From assembly GCF_009914755.1 (NCBI RefSeq), contig NC_060948.1: 64,000 bases of DNA. One strand, written 5' to 3'. Made by a program: the position numbers and the translations under genes. Every line of letters starts with the position of its first letter. The stretch's first letter is position 1. A model generated the notes under the pieces. It worked only from the letters and a program-made list of their open reading frames with translations. It was not told the origin of the DNA and did no database searches. Positions 1-14,800 of the stretch are shown here, one piece after another. Source of the stretch: the human T2T-CHM13v2.0 reference genome, Homo sapiens.

Positions 1-623
1 TCCATTCCATTCCATCTGTCTCCATTCCTTTCGTTTCGATTCCTTTCCATTCCATTCCATTCCATTTGATCCTATTTTATTAAATTGCATTCTATTCGAG
101 TGATTTCCATTCGAGTCCTTTCCATTAGATTCCATTCCATTCTATTCCATTCCTTTGCATTCTATTCCATTCCGTTCCGTTCACATCCATTCCTTGCGAT
201 TCCATTACATTCGATTTCTTGCCCTTCGATTCCATTCCTTTTGACTCCATTTCATTCGATTCCATTCCATTCCATTAATTTCCATTCCATTCGAGACCTT
301 TCCATTGCAGTCTTTTCCCTTCGAGTCCATTCCGTTCGATTCCCTTCCATTCGATTCCATTCCATTGGAGTCCGTACCAGTCGAGTCCATTCTATTCCAG
401 TCCATTAGTTTCCACTCCATTGCATTCGAGTGCATTCCATTCCGTGGCTGTCCATTCCATTCCGTTTGATGCCATTCCATACGATTCCATTCAATTCGAG
501 ACCATTCTATTCCTGTCCATTCCTTGTGGTTCGATTCCATTTCACTCTAGTCCATTCCATTCCATTCAATTCCATTCGACTCTATTCTGTTCCATTCCAT
601 TCCATTCCATTCGATTCCATTTT

Positions 624-638
624 TTTCGAGAACCTTCC
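624..638. promoter_or_regulatory. Perfect tripartite heat-shock element motif, site A (recurs once per DYZ1 monomer)
   Basis: tTTCg-aGAAc-cTTCc fits nTTCnnGAAnnTTCn. Motif match only; binding not shown. Confidence 0.55.
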
Positions 639-903
639 AGTACACTCCCTTCCATTCCAGTGCATTCCATTCCAGTCTCTTCAGTTCGATTCCATTCCAT
701 TCGTTTCGATTCCTTTCCATTCCAGCCCATTCCGTTCCATTCCATTCCTTTCCTTTCCGTTTCTTTAGATTCCATTGCATTCGATTCCATTCAATTCAAT
801 TCCGTGCTATTCAATTTGATTCATTTCCATTTAATTCCATTCCATTAGATTCCATTCCGTTCGATTCCATTCCTTTCGAATCCATTCCATTGGATTCCAT
901 TCA

Positions 904-918
904 CTTCCAGAACATTCC
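904..918. promoter_or_regulatory. Perfect tripartite heat-shock element motif, site B (recurs once per DYZ1 monomer)
   Basis: cTTCc-aGAAc-aTTCc; intact in all 17 copies inspected. Motif match only. Confidence 0.55.
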
Positions 919-1291
919 ATTCCAGTCGAATCCATTCGAGTACATTCCATTAAAGTTCATTACATTCTAATACATTCCATTCCATTGCATTCCATTCCAT
1001 TCCATTCGATGCCATTCGATTCCATTCCATGCCAAATCATTGCATTCCTTTCCATTCCGTTCCTATCAATTCCATTCCATTCGATTTAGTTCGATTCTAT
1101 TCACTTCCATTCCATTCGATTCCATTCCATTGGAGTCAATTCCTTTGGACACCCAGCCTTTCCAGTCAATGTTTTTGGATTCCATTTTTTTGCATTCCAT
1201 TACATTCTATGACATTCGATTCCGTTTCATTGCATTCCATTCCATACATTTTTATTCCATTCGAGACCGTAGCATTCCACTTTATTCCAGG

Positions 1292-4200
1292 CCTGTCCAT
1301 TACACTACATTCCCTTCCATTCCAATGAATTCCATTCCATTCCAATCCATTCCTTTCCTTTCGCTTGCATTCCATTCTATTCTCTTCTACTGCATACAAT
1401 TTCACTCCATTCGTTCCCGTTCCATTCAATTCCATTCCATTCAATTCCATTCCGTTTGTTTCCATTCTCTTCGATTCCATTTCTTTATATTCCATGCCAT
1501 TCGATTCCATTCTATTGGATTGCATTACATAAGTGTTCATTCCATTCCAGACCATTCCATTTGACTCCATTCCTTTCGAGCCCTTTCAATTTGAGTCCCT
1601 TCCTTTCCAGTCCATTTCACTCCAGTCCATTACTATCCATTCCATACCATTCCATCCGATTCCATTGCATTCCATTCCATTCCATTCCATTCCATTGCAC
1701 TGCACTCCATTCCATTACATTCTACTCTATCTGAGTCGATTTTATTGCATTAGATTCTATTCCATTGGATTACTTTCCATTCGATTACATTCCATTCATG
1801 TACATTCCATTCCAGTCAATTACATTCGAGTTCATTACGTTACATTCCAGTATATTCCATTCTATTCGATCCCATTCCTTTCAATTCTATTTCATTCGAC
1901 TCCATTATATTCGATTCCATTCCACTCGAATCCATTCCATTAGAGGACATTCCATTCCAATGCATTCCATTCCATTCCATAGCATTCCATTGCATTCGAT
2001 TCCATTCCATTTGATGCCATTCCATTTGATGCCATTCCATGACATTCCATTCCATTCGAGTCCATTCCGTTCCAATTCATTCCATTCCGTTTCATGAAAT
2101 TCGAGTCCTTTCCAGTACATTTCATTCCAATCCCATCCAATCCAATCTACTCCATTCAATTCCTTTCCATTTCATTTGATTTGATTCCATTCAGTTTGAT
2201 TCCATTCCGTGAAATTTCGTTCCATTCTATTCCATTGCATTACTTTCCATTCAATTCCATTCCATTTCATTTCAGTCCATTCGCTTCCTTTCCTTTCGAT
2301 TCAATTCCATTTGATTCCACTCCATTCTATGCGATTTCATTCCAATCGATTCAATTCCATTCGATGACATTCCTTTCGTTTCCATTCCATTCGAGTCCAT
2401 TCAATTTGAGCATTCGTGTCCATTCTATTCGAGTCCATTCCATTACCGTCTATTCTATTCCCTTCCATTCCTGTTGATTCAATTTCATTCCCTTCCATTC
2501 GATTCCTTTCCATTCGATTCCATTCCTTTCCATTCCATTCCATTCGTTCCCATTCCATGTGATTTCATTCCTTTACAGTCCATTATATTCGAGTCCACTC
2601 CACTCCATTCTATTACATTCAATTCCTTTTGAGTCCGTTCCATAACACTCCATTCATTTCGATTCCATTTCTTGCCAGTTTTCTTCCATTTTATTCCATT
2701 CCGTTCGATTCCATTCCATTCGATTGCATTCCATTCGAATCCTTTCCATTCCATTTCATTCCATTCCTTTCTATTCCATTCCATTTCATTCGATTTGATT
2801 CCATTCTGTTCTATTCCATTCAATTCTTTTTCATTCCATTCGAATCCTTTCTATTGCAGTCCATTCCATTCGAGTCCATTCCAATCCCTTCCATTCCATT
2901 CCATTACAGTCCATTCCAATAGATTCCATTCCTTTGTCTTCCATTCGAATCCATTCCATTCTAGTCCATTCCATTTGAGTCAATTCCATTCCATTCCATT
3001 CTATTCCTTTCCAATCCATTCGATTCCATTCGATTCAATTCCATTTGATTCTCTTTCATTCTATTTTATTCCATGCCATTTGATTGCATTGCATTCCATT
3101 CCGTTTGATTCCAGTCCATTCAAGAAAGTTCCATTCCAGTCCATTGCTTTCCAGTCCATTCCATTCCACTCTAGTCTATTCCACTCCATTCCTTTCCATT
3201 CCATTCCATACTATTCCATTCCATTCCTTTGCATTCCGTTTCCAATCTATTCGAGTCCATTGCATTCCAGTCCAATCCATTCGATTACATTCCTTTTGAT
3301 TCCCTGCCAGTCGATTGCATTGCATACTACACCATTCCAAAGGAGTCCATTCCATTCTATCTCAACACTTTCCATTCCACTCTGTTCGAGTCCATTCCAT
3401 TCCAGTCCATTTAATTCAAGGGCATACCATTCCATTCCATTCCATTTCATATTATTCCATTCCATTCAATTCCATTCCAGATGATTCCTTTCCATTCTCT
3501 ACCATTGCTCTCTATTCCATTCCATTCCATCTGTCTCCATTCCTTTCGTTTCGATTCCTTTCCATTCCATTCCATTCCATTTGATCCTATTTTATTAAAT
3601 TGCATTCTATTCGAGTGATTTCCATTCGAGTCCTTTCCATTAGATTCCATTCCATTCTATTCCATTCCTTTGGATTCTATTCCATTCCGTTCAGTTCACA
3701 TCCATTCCTTGCGATTCCATTACATTCGATTTCTTGCCATTCGATTCCATTCCTTTCGACTCCATTTCATTCGATTCCATTCCATTCCATTAATTTCCAT
3801 TCCATTCGAGACCTTTCCATTGCAGTCTTTTCCCTTCGAGTCCATTCCGTTCGATTCCCTTCCATTCGATTCCATTCCATTGGAGTCCGTACCAGTCGAG
3901 TCCATTCTATTCCAGTCCATTAGTTTCCACTCCATTGCATTCGAGTGCATTCCATTCCGTGGCTGTCCATTCCATTCCGTTTGATGCCATTCCATACGAT
4001 TCCATTCAATTCGAGACCATTCTATTCCTGTCCATTCCTTGTGGTTCGATTCCATTTCACTCTAGTCCATTCCATTCCATTCAATTCCATTCGACTCTAT
4101 TCTCTTCCATTCCATTCCATTCCATTCGATTCCATTTTTTTCGAGAACCTTCCTGTACACTCCCTTCCATTCCAGTGCATTCCATTCCAGTCTCTTCAGT

Positions 4201-4806
4201 TCGATTCCATTCCATTCGTTTCGATTCCTTTCCATTCCAGCCCATTCCATTCCATTCCATTCCTTTCCTTTCCGTTTCTTTAGATTCCATCGCATTCGAT
4301 TCCATTCAATTCAATTCCGTGCTATTCAATTTGATTCATTTCCATTTAATTCCATTCCATTAGATTCCATTCCGTTCGATTCCATTCCTTTCGAATCCAT
4401 TCCATTGGATTCCATTCACTTCCAGAACATTCCATTCCAGTCGAATCCATTCGAGTACATTCCATTAAAGTTCATTACATTCTAATACATTCCATTCCAT
4501 TGCATTCCATTCCATTCCATTCGATGCCATTCGATTCCATTCCATGCCAAATCATTGCATTCCTTTCCATTCCGTTCCTATCAATTCCATTCCATTCGAT
4601 TTAGTTCGATTCTATTCACTTCCATTCCATTCGATTCCATTCCATTGGAGTCAATTCCTTTGGACACCCAGCCTTTCCAGTCAATGTTTTTGGATTCCAT
4701 TTTTTTGCATTCCATTACATTCTATGACATTCGATTCCGTTTCATTGCATTCCATTCCATACATTTTTATTCCATTCGAGACCGTAGCATTCCACTTTAT
4801 TCCAGG
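1292..4806 (+). repeat. DYZ1: DYZ1 monomer U1 (3515 bp)
   Basis: HaeIII-phased (starts CCTGTCCATTAC); lacks the 14-bp insert; shortest variable tract (65 bp). Confidence 0.92.
3118..3132. promoter_or_regulatory. Perfect tripartite heat-shock element motif, site C (recurs once per DYZ1 monomer)
   Basis: aTTCa-aGAAa-gTTCc. Motif match only. Confidence 0.55.
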
Positions 4807-7800
4807 CCTGTCCATTACACTACATTCCCTTCCATTCCAATGAATTCCATTCCATTCCAATCCATTCCTTTCCTTTCGCTTGCATTCCATTCTATTCTCT
4901 TCTACTGCATACAATTTCACTCCATTCGTTCCCGTTCCATTCAATTCCATTCCATTCAATTCCATTCCGTTTGTTTCCATTCTCTTCGATTCCATTTCTT
5001 TATATTCCATGCCATTCGATTCCATTCTATTGGATTGCATTACATAAGTGTTCATTCCATTCCAGACCATTCCATTTGACTCCATTCCTTTCGAGCCCTT
5101 TCAATTTGAGTCCATTCCTTTCCAGTCCATTTCACTCCAGTCCATTACTATCCATTCCATACCATTCCATCCGATTCCATTGCATTCCATTCCATTCCAT
5201 TCCATTCCATTGCACTGCACTCCATTCCATTACATTCTACTCTATCTGAGTCGATTTTATTGCATTAGATTCTATTCCATTGGATTACTTTCCATTCGAT
5301 TACATTCCATTCATGTACATTCCATTCCAGTCAATTACATTCGAGTTCATTACGTTACATTCCAGTATATTCCATTCTATTCGATCCCATTCCTTTCAAT
5401 TCTATTTCATTCGACTCCATTATATTCGATTCCATTCCACTCGAATCCATTCCATTAGAGGACATTCCATTCCAATGCATTCCATTCCATTCCATAGCAT
5501 TCCATTGCATTCGATTCCATTCCATTTGATGCCATTCCATTTGATGCCATTCCATGACATTCCATTCCATTCGAGTCCATTCCGTTCCAATTCATTCCAT
5601 TCCGTTTCATGAAATTCGAGTCCTTTCCAGTACATTTCATTCCAATCCCATCCAATCCAATCTACTCCATTCAATTCCTTTCCATTCCATTTGATTTGAT
5701 TCCATTCAGTTTGATTCCATTCCGTGAAATTTCGTTCCATTCTATTCCATTGCATTACTTTCCATTCAATTCCATTCCATTTCATTTCAGTCCATTCGCT
5801 TCCTTTCCTTTCGATTCAATTCCATTTGATTCCACTCCATTCTATGCGATTTCATTCCAATCGATTCAATTCCATTCGATGACGTTCCTTTCGTTTCCAT
5901 TCCATTCGAGTCCATTCAATTTGAGCATTCGTGTCCATTCTATTCGAGTCCATTCCATTACCGTCTATTCTATTCCCTTCCATTCCTGTTGATTCAATTT
6001 CATTCCCTTCCATTCGATTCCTTTCCATTCGATTCCATTCCTTTCCATTCCATTCCATTCGTTCCCATTCCATGTGATTTCATTCCATTCCAGTCCATTA
6101 TATTCGAGTCCACTCCACTCCATTCTATTACATTCAATTCCTTTTGAGTCCGTTCCATAACACTCCATTCATTTCGATTCCATTTCTTGCCAGTTTTCTT
6201 CCATTTTATTCCATTCCGTTCGATTCCATTCCATTCGATTGCATTCCATTCGAATCCTTTCCATTCCATTTCATTCCATTCCTTTCTATTCCATTCCATT
6301 TCATTCGATTTGATTCCATTCTGTTCTATTCCATTCAATTCTTTTTCATTCCATTCGAATCCTTTCTATTGCAGTCCATTCCATTCGAGTCCATTCCAAT
6401 CCCTTCCATTCCATTCCATTACAGTCCATTCCAATAGATTCCATTCCTTTGTCTTCCATTCGAATCCATTCCATTCTAGTCCATTCCATTTGAGTCAATT
6501 CCATTCCATTCCATTCTATTCCTTTCCAATCCATTCGATTCCATTCGATTCAATTCCATTTGATTCTCTTTCATTCTATTTTATTCCATGCCATTTGATT
6601 GCATTGCATTCCATTCCGTTTGATTCCAGTCCAATCAAGAAAGTTCCACTCCAGTCCATTGCTTTCCAGTCCATTCTATTCCACTCTAGTCTATTCCACT
6701 CCATTCCTTTCCATTCCATTCCATACTATTCCATTCCATTCCTTTGCATTCCGTTTCCAATCTATTCGAGTCCATTGCATTCCAGTCCAATCCATTCGAT
6801 TACATTCCTTTTGATTCCCTGCCAGTCGATTGCATTGCATACTAGACCATTCCAAAGGAGTCCATTCCATTCTATCTCAACACTTTCCATTCCACTCTGT
6901 TCGAGTCCATTCCATTCCAGTCCATTTAATTCAAGGGCATACCATTCCATTCCATTCCATTTCATATTATTCCATTCCATTCAATTCCATTCCAGATGAT
7001 TCCTTTCCATTCTCTACCATTGCTCTCTGTTCCATTCCATTCCATCTGTCTCCATTCCTTTCGTTTCGATTCCTTTCCATTCCATTCCATTCCATTTGAT
7101 CCTATTTTATTAAATTGCATTCTATTCAAGTGATTTCCATTCGAGTCCTTTCCATTCGATTCCATTCCATTCTATTCCATTCCTTTGGATTCCATTCCAT
7201 TCCGTTCCGTTCACATCAATTCCTTGCGATTCCATTACATTCGATTTCTTGCCATTCGATTCCATTCCTTTTGACTCCATTTCATTCGATTCCATTCCAT
7301 TCCATTAACTTCCATTCCATTCGAGACCTTTCCATTGCAGTCTTTTCCCTTCGAGTCCATTCCGTTCGATTCCCTTCCATTCGATTCCATTCCATTGGAG
7401 TCCGTACCAGTCGAGTCCATTCTATTCCAGTCCATTAGTTTCGACTCCATTGCATTCGAGTGCATTCCATTCCGTGGCTGTCCATTCCATTCCGTTTGAT
7501 GCCATTCCATACGATTCCATTCAATTCGAGACCATTCTATTCCTGTCCATTCCTTGTGGTTCGATTCCATTTCACTCTAGTCCATTCCATTCCATTCAAA
7601 TCCATTCGACTCTATTCCGTTCCATTCAATTCCATTCCATTCGATTCCATTTTTTTCGAGAACCTTCCATTACACTCCCTTCCATTCCAGTGCATTCCAT
7701 TCCAGTCTCTTCAGTTCGACTCCATTCCATTCGTTTCGATTCCTTTCCATTCCAGCCCATTCCATTCCATTCCATTCCTTTCCTTTCCGTTTCATTAGAT

Positions 7801-8321
7801 TCCATTGCATTCGATTCCATTCAATTCAATTCCGTGCTATTCAATTTGATTCATTTCCATTTAATTCCATTCCATTAGATTCCATTCCGTTCGATTCCAT
7901 TCCTTTCGAATCCATTCCATTGGAGTCCATTCACTTCCAGAACATTCCATTCCAGTCGAATCCATTCGAGTACATTCCATTAAAGTTCATTACATTCTAA
8001 TACATTCCATTCCATTGCATTCCATTCCATTCCATTCGATGCCATTCGATTCCATTCCATGCCAAATCATTGCATTCCTTTCCATTCCGTTCCTATCAAT
8101 TCCATTCCTTTCGATTTAGTTTGATTCTATTCACTTCCATTCCATTCGATACCATTCCATTGGAGTCAATTCCTTTCGACACCCAGCCTTTCCAGTCAAT
8201 GTTTTTGGATTCCATTTTTTTGCATTCCATTACATTCTATGACATTCGATTCCGTTTCATTGCATTCCATTCCATACATTTTTATTCCATTCGAGACCGT
8301 AGCATTCCACTTTATTCCAGG
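4807..8321 (+). repeat. DYZ1: DYZ1 monomer U2 (3515 bp)
   Basis: 5' part near-identical to U1; lacks the 14-bp insert; downstream boundary reads GGTC (HaeIII site lost). Confidence 0.92.
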
Positions 8322-11300
8322 TCTGTCCATTACACTACATTCCCTTCCATTCCAATGAATTCCATTCCATTCCAATCCATTCCTTTCCTTTCGCTTGCAT
8401 TCCATTCTATTCTCTTCTACTGCATACAATTTCACTCCATTCGTTCCCATTCCATTCAATTCCATTCCATTCAATTCCATTCCATTTGTTTCCATTCTCT
8501 TCGATTCCATTTCTTTATATTCCATGCCATTCGATTCCATTCTATTGGATTGCATTACATTCGTGTTCATTCCATTCCAGACCATTCCATTTGACTCCAT
8601 TCTTTTCGAGCCCTTTCAATTTGAGTCCATTCCTTTCCAGTCCATTTCACTCCAGTCCATTACTATCCATTCCATACCATTCCATCCCATTCCATTCCAT
8701 TCCATTCCATTCCATTCCATTCCATTCCATTGCATTCCATTCCATTCCATTCCATTGCACTGCACTCCATTCCATTACATTCTACTCTATCTGAGTCGAT
8801 TTTATTGCATTAGATTCTATTCCATTGGATTACTTTCCATTCGATTACATTCCATTCATGTACATTCCATTCCACTCAATTACATTCGAGTTGATTACAT
8901 TACATTCCAGTATATTCCATTCTATTCGATCCCATTCCTGTCAATTCCATTTCATTCGACTCCATTATATTCGATTCCATTCCACTCGAATCCATTCCAT
9001 TAGAGGACATTCCATTCCAATGCATTCCATTCCATTCCATAGCATTCTATTGCATTCGATTCCATTCCATTTGATGCCATTCCATTTGATGCCATTCCAT
9101 GACATTCCATTCCATTCGAGTCCATTCCGTTCCAATTCATTCCATTCCGTTTCATGAAATTCGAGTCCTTTCCAGTACATTTCATTCCAATCCCATCCAA
9201 TCCAATCTACTCCATTCAATTCCTTTCCATTCCATTTGATTAGATTCCATTGATTTGATTCCATTCAGTTTGATTCCATTCCGTGAAATTTCGTTCCATT
9301 CTATTCCATTGCATTACTTTCCATTCAATTCCATTCCATTTCATTTCAGTCCATTCGCTTCCTTTCCTTTCGATTCAATTCCATTTGATTCCACTCCATT
9401 CTATGCGATTTCATTCCAATCGATTCAATTCCATTCGATGACATTCCTTTCGTTTCCATTCCATTCGAGTCCATTCAATTTGAGCATTCGTGTCCATTCT
9501 ATTCGAGTCCATTCCATTACCGTCTATTCTATTCCCTTCCATTCCTGTTGATTCAATTTCATTCCCTTCCATTCGATTCCTTTCCATTCGATTCCATTCC
9601 TTTCCATTCCATTCCATTCGTTCCCATTCCATGTGATTTCATTCCATTCCAGTCCATTATATTCGAGTCCACTCCACTCCATTCTATTACATTCAATTCC
9701 TTTTGAGTCCGTTCCATAACACTCCATTCATTTCGATTCCATTTCTTGCCAGTTTTCTTCCATTTTATTCCATTCCGTTCGATTCCATTCCATTCGATTG
9801 CATTCCATTCGAATCCTTTCCATTCCATTTCATTCCATTCCTTTCTATTCCATTCCATTTCATTCGATTTGATTCCATTCTGTTCTATTCCATTCAATTC
9901 TTTTTCATTCCATTCGAATCCTTTCTATTGCAGTCCATTCCATTCGAGTCCATTCCAATCCCTTCCATTCCATTCCATTACTGTCCATTCCAATAGATTC
10001 CATTCCTTTGCCTTCCATTCGAATCCATTCCATTCTAGTCCATTCCATTTGAGTCAATTCCATTCCATTCCATTCTATTCCTTTCCAAACCATTCGATTC
10101 CATTCGATTCAATTCCATTTGATTCTCTTTCATTCTATTTTATTCCATGCCATTTGATTGCATTGCATTCCATTCCGTTTGATTCCAGTACATTCAAGAA
10201 AGTTCCATTCCAGTCCATTGCTTTCGAGTCCATTCCATTCCACTCTAGTCTATTCCACTCCATTCCTTTCCATTCCATTCCATACTATTCCATTCCATTC
10301 CTTTGCATTCCGTTTCCAATCTATTCGAGTCCATTGCATTCCAGTCCAATCCATTCGATTACATTCCTTTTGATTCCCTGCCAGTCGATTGCATTGCATA
10401 CTAGACCATTCCAAAGGAGTCCATTCCATTCTATCTCAACACTTTCCATTCCACTCTGTTCGAGTCCATTCCATTCCAGTCCATTTAATTCAAGGGCATT
10501 CCATTCCAATCCATTCCATTTCATATTATTCCATTCCATTCAATTCCATTCCAGATGATTCCATTCCATTCTATACCATTGCTCTCTGTTCCATTCCATT
10601 CCATCTGCCTCCATTCCTTTCGTTTCGATTCCTTTCCATTCCATTCCATTCCATTTGATCCTATTTTATTAAATTGCATTCTATTCGAGTGATTTCCATT
10701 CGAGTCCTTTCCATTAGATTCCATTCCATTCTATTCCATTCCTTTGGATTCCATTCCATTCCGTTCCGTTCACATCAATTCTTTGCGATTCCATTACATT
10801 CGATTTCTTGCCATTCGATTCCATTCCTTTTGACTCCATTTCATTCGATTCCATTCCATTCCATTAACTTCCATTCCATTCGAGACCTTTCCATTGCAGT
10901 CTTTTCCCTTCGAGTCCATTCCGTTCGATTCCCTTCCATTCGATTCCATTCCATTGGAGTCCGTACCAGTCGAGTCCATTCTATTCCAGTCCATTAGTTT
11001 CGACTCCATTGCATTCGAGTGCATTCCATTCCGTGGCTGTCCATTCCATTCCGTTTGATGCCATTCCATACGATTCCATTCAATTCGAGACCATTCTATT
11101 CCTGTCCATTCCTTGTGGTTCGATTCCATTTCACTCTAGTCCATTCCATTCCATTCAATTCCATTCGACTCTATTCCGTTCCATTCAATTCCATCCCATT
11201 CGATTCCATTATTTTCGAGAACCTTCCATTACACTCCCTTCCATTCCAGTGCATTCCATTCCAGTCTCTTCAGTTCGATTCCATTCCATTCGTTTCGATT

Positions 11301-11880
11301 CCTTTCCATTCCAGCCCATTCCATTCCATTCCATTCCATTCCTTTCCGTTTCTTTAGATTCCATTGCATTCGATTCCATTCAATTCAATTCCGTGCTATT
11401 CAATTTGATTCATTTCCATTTAATTCCATTCCATTAGATTCCATTCCGTTCGATTCCATTCCTTTCGAATCCATTCCATTGGAGTCCATTCACTTCCAGA
11501 ACATTCCATTCCAGTCGAATCCATTCGAGTACATTCCATTAAAGTTCATTACATTCTAATACATTCCATTCCATTGCATTCCATTCCATTCCATTCGATG
11601 CCATTCGATTCCATTCCATGCCAAATCATTGCATTCCTTTCCATTCCGTTCCTATCAATTCCATTCCATTCGATTTAGTTCGATTCTATTCACTTCCATT
11701 CCATTCGATTCCATTCCATTGGAGTCAATTCCTTTGGACACCCAGCCTTTCCAGTCAATGTTTTTGGATTCCATTTTTTTGCATTCCATTACATTCTATG
11801 ACATTCGATTCCGTTTCATTGCATTCCATTCCATACATTTTTATTCCATTCGAGACCGTAGCATTCCACTTTATTCCAGG
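8322..11880 (+). repeat. DYZ1: DYZ1 monomer U3 (3559 bp)
   Basis: Carries the 14-bp insert (~9240-9253) and a 95-bp variable tract. Confidence 0.92.
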
Positions 11881-14800
11881 CCTGTCCATTACACTACATT
11901 CCCTTCCATTCCAATGAATTCCATTCCATTCCAATCCATTCCTTTCCTTTCGCTTGCATTCCATTCTATTCTCTTCTACTGCATACAATTTCACTCCATT
12001 CGTTCCCATTCCATTCAATTCCATTCCATTCAATTCCATTCCATTTGTTTCCATTCTCTTCGATTCCATTTCTTTATATTCCATGCCATTCGATTCCATT
12101 CTATTGGATTGCATTACATTCGTGTTCATTCCATTCCAGACCATTCCATTTGACTCCATTCTTTTCGAGCCCTTTCAATTTGAGTCCATTCCTTTCCAGT
12201 CCATTTCACTCCAGTCCATTACTATCCATTCCATACCATTCCATCCCATTCCATTCCATTCCATTCCATTCCATTCCATTCCATTGCATTCCATTCCATT
12301 CCATTGCACTGCACTCCATTCCATTACATTCTACTCTATCTGAGTCGATTTTATTGCATTAGATTCTATTCCATTGGATTACTTTCCATTCGATTACATT
12401 CCATTCATGTACATTCCATTCCACTCAATTACATTCGAGTTGATTACATTACATTCCAGTATATTCCATTCTATTCGATCCCATTCCTGTCAATTCCATT
12501 TCATTCGACTCCATTATATTCGATTCCATTCCACTCGAATCCATTCCATTAGAGGACATTCCATTCCAATGCATTCCATTCCATTCCATAGCATTCCATT
12601 GCATTCGATTCCATTCCATTTGATGCCATTCCATTTGATGCCATTCCATGACATTCCATTCCATTCGAGTCCATTCCGTTCCAATTCATTCCATTCCGTT
12701 TCATGAAATTCGAGTCCTTTCCAGTACATTTCATTCCAATCCCATCCAATCCAATCTACTCCATTCAATTCCTTTCCATTCCATTTGATTTGATTCCATT
12801 CAGTTTGATTCCATTCCGTGAAATTTCGTTCCATTCTATTCCATTGCATTACTTTCCATTCAATTCCATTCCATTTCATTTCAGTCCATTCGCTTCCTTT
12901 CCTTTCGATTCAATTCCACTTGATTCCACTCCATTCTATGCGATTTCATTCCAATCGATTCAATTCCATTCGATGACATTCCTTTCGTTTCCATTCCATT
13001 CGAGTCCATTCAATTTGAGCATTCGTGTCCATTCTATTCGAGTCCATTCCATTACCGTCTATTCTATTCCCTTCCATTCCTGTTGATTCAATTTCATTCC
13101 CTTCCATTCGATTCCTTTCCATTCGATTCCATTCCTTTCCATTCCATTCCATTCGTTCCCATTCCATGTGATTTCATTCCATTCCAGTCCATTATATTCG
13201 AGTCCACTCCACTCCATTCTATTACATTCAATTCCTTTTGAGTCCGTTCCATAACACTCCATTCATTTCGATTCCATTTCTTGCCAGTTTTCTTCCATTT
13301 TATTCCATTCCGTTCGATTCCATTCCATTCGATTGCATTCCATTCGAATCCTTTCCATTCCATTTCATTCCATTCCTTTCTATTCCATTCCATTTCATTC
13401 GATTTGATTCCATTCTGTTCTATTCCATTCAATTCTTTTTCATTCCATTCGAATCCTTTCTATTGCAGTCCATTCCATTCGAGTCCATTCCAATCCCTTC
13501 CATTCCATTCCATTACAGTCCATTCCAATAGATTCCATTCCTTTGCCTTCCATTCGAATCCATTCCATTCCAGTCCATTCCATTTGAGTCAATTCCATTC
13601 CATTGCATTCTATTCCTTTCCAAACCATTCGATTCCATTCGATTCAATTCCATTTGATTCTCTTTCATTCTATTTTATTCCATGCCATTTGATTGCATTG
13701 CATTCCATTCCGTTTGATTCCAGTACATTCAAGAAAGTTCCATTCCAGTCCATTGCTTTCCAGTCCATTCCATTCCACTCTAGTCTATTCCACTCCATTC
13801 CTTTCCATTCCATTCCATACTATTCCATTCCATTCCTTTGCATTCCGTTTCCAATCTATTCGAGTCCATTGCATTCCAGTCCAATCCATTCGATTACATT
13901 CCTTTTGATTCCCTGCCAGTCGATTGCATTGCATACTAGACCATTCCAAAGGAGTCCATTGCATTCTATCTCAACACTTTCCATTCCACTCTGTTCGAGT
14001 CCATTCCATTCCAGTCCATTTAATTCAAGGGCATTCCATTCCATTCCATTCCATTTCATATTATTCCATTCCATTCAATTCCATTCCAGATGATTCCATT
14101 CCATTCTATACCATTGCTCTCTGTTCCATTCCATTCCATCTGTCTCCATTCCTTTCGTTTCGATTCCTTTCCATTCCATTCCATTCCATTTGATCCTATT
14201 TTATTAAATTGCATTCTATTCGAGTGATTTCCATTCGAGTCCTTTCCATTAGATTCCATTGCATTCTATTCCATTCCTTTGGATTCCATTCCATTCCGTT
14301 CCGTTCACATCAATTCCTTGCGATTCCATTACATTCGATTTCTTGCCATTCGATTCCATTCCTTTTGACTCCATTTCATTCGATTCCATTCCATTCCATT
14401 AACTTCCATTCCATTCGAGACCTTTCCATTGCAGTCTTTTCCCTTCGAGTCCATTCCGTTCGATTCCCTTCCATTCGATTCCATTCCATTGGAGTCCGTA
14501 CCAGTCGAGTCCATTCTATTCCAGTCCATTAGTTTCGACTCCATTGCATTCGAGTGCATTCCATTCCGTGGCTGTCCATTCCATTCCGTTTGATGCCATT
14601 CCATACGATTCCATTCAATTCGAGACCATTCTATTCCTGTCCATTCCTTGTGGTTCGATTCCATTTCACTCTAGTCCATTCCATTCCATTCAATTCCATT
14701 CGACTCTATTCCGTTCCATTCAATTCCATCCCATTCGATTCCATTTTTTTCGAGAACCTTCCATTACACTCCCTTCCATTCCAGTGCATTCCATTCCAGT

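Larger units (their letters stand above)
1..1291 (+). repeat. DYZ1: DYZ1 partial monomer U0 (3' part, cut by window edge)
   Basis: Colinear with 3516-4806 at a 3515-bp offset; ends at the HaeIII cut position. Confidence 0.9.

Noticed and set aside
2090-2220. Additional HSE-like words TTCATGAAATTCG and TTCCGTGAAATTTCG
   Set aside because: Only two correctly spaced nGAAn units each, so not counted as perfect HSEs.
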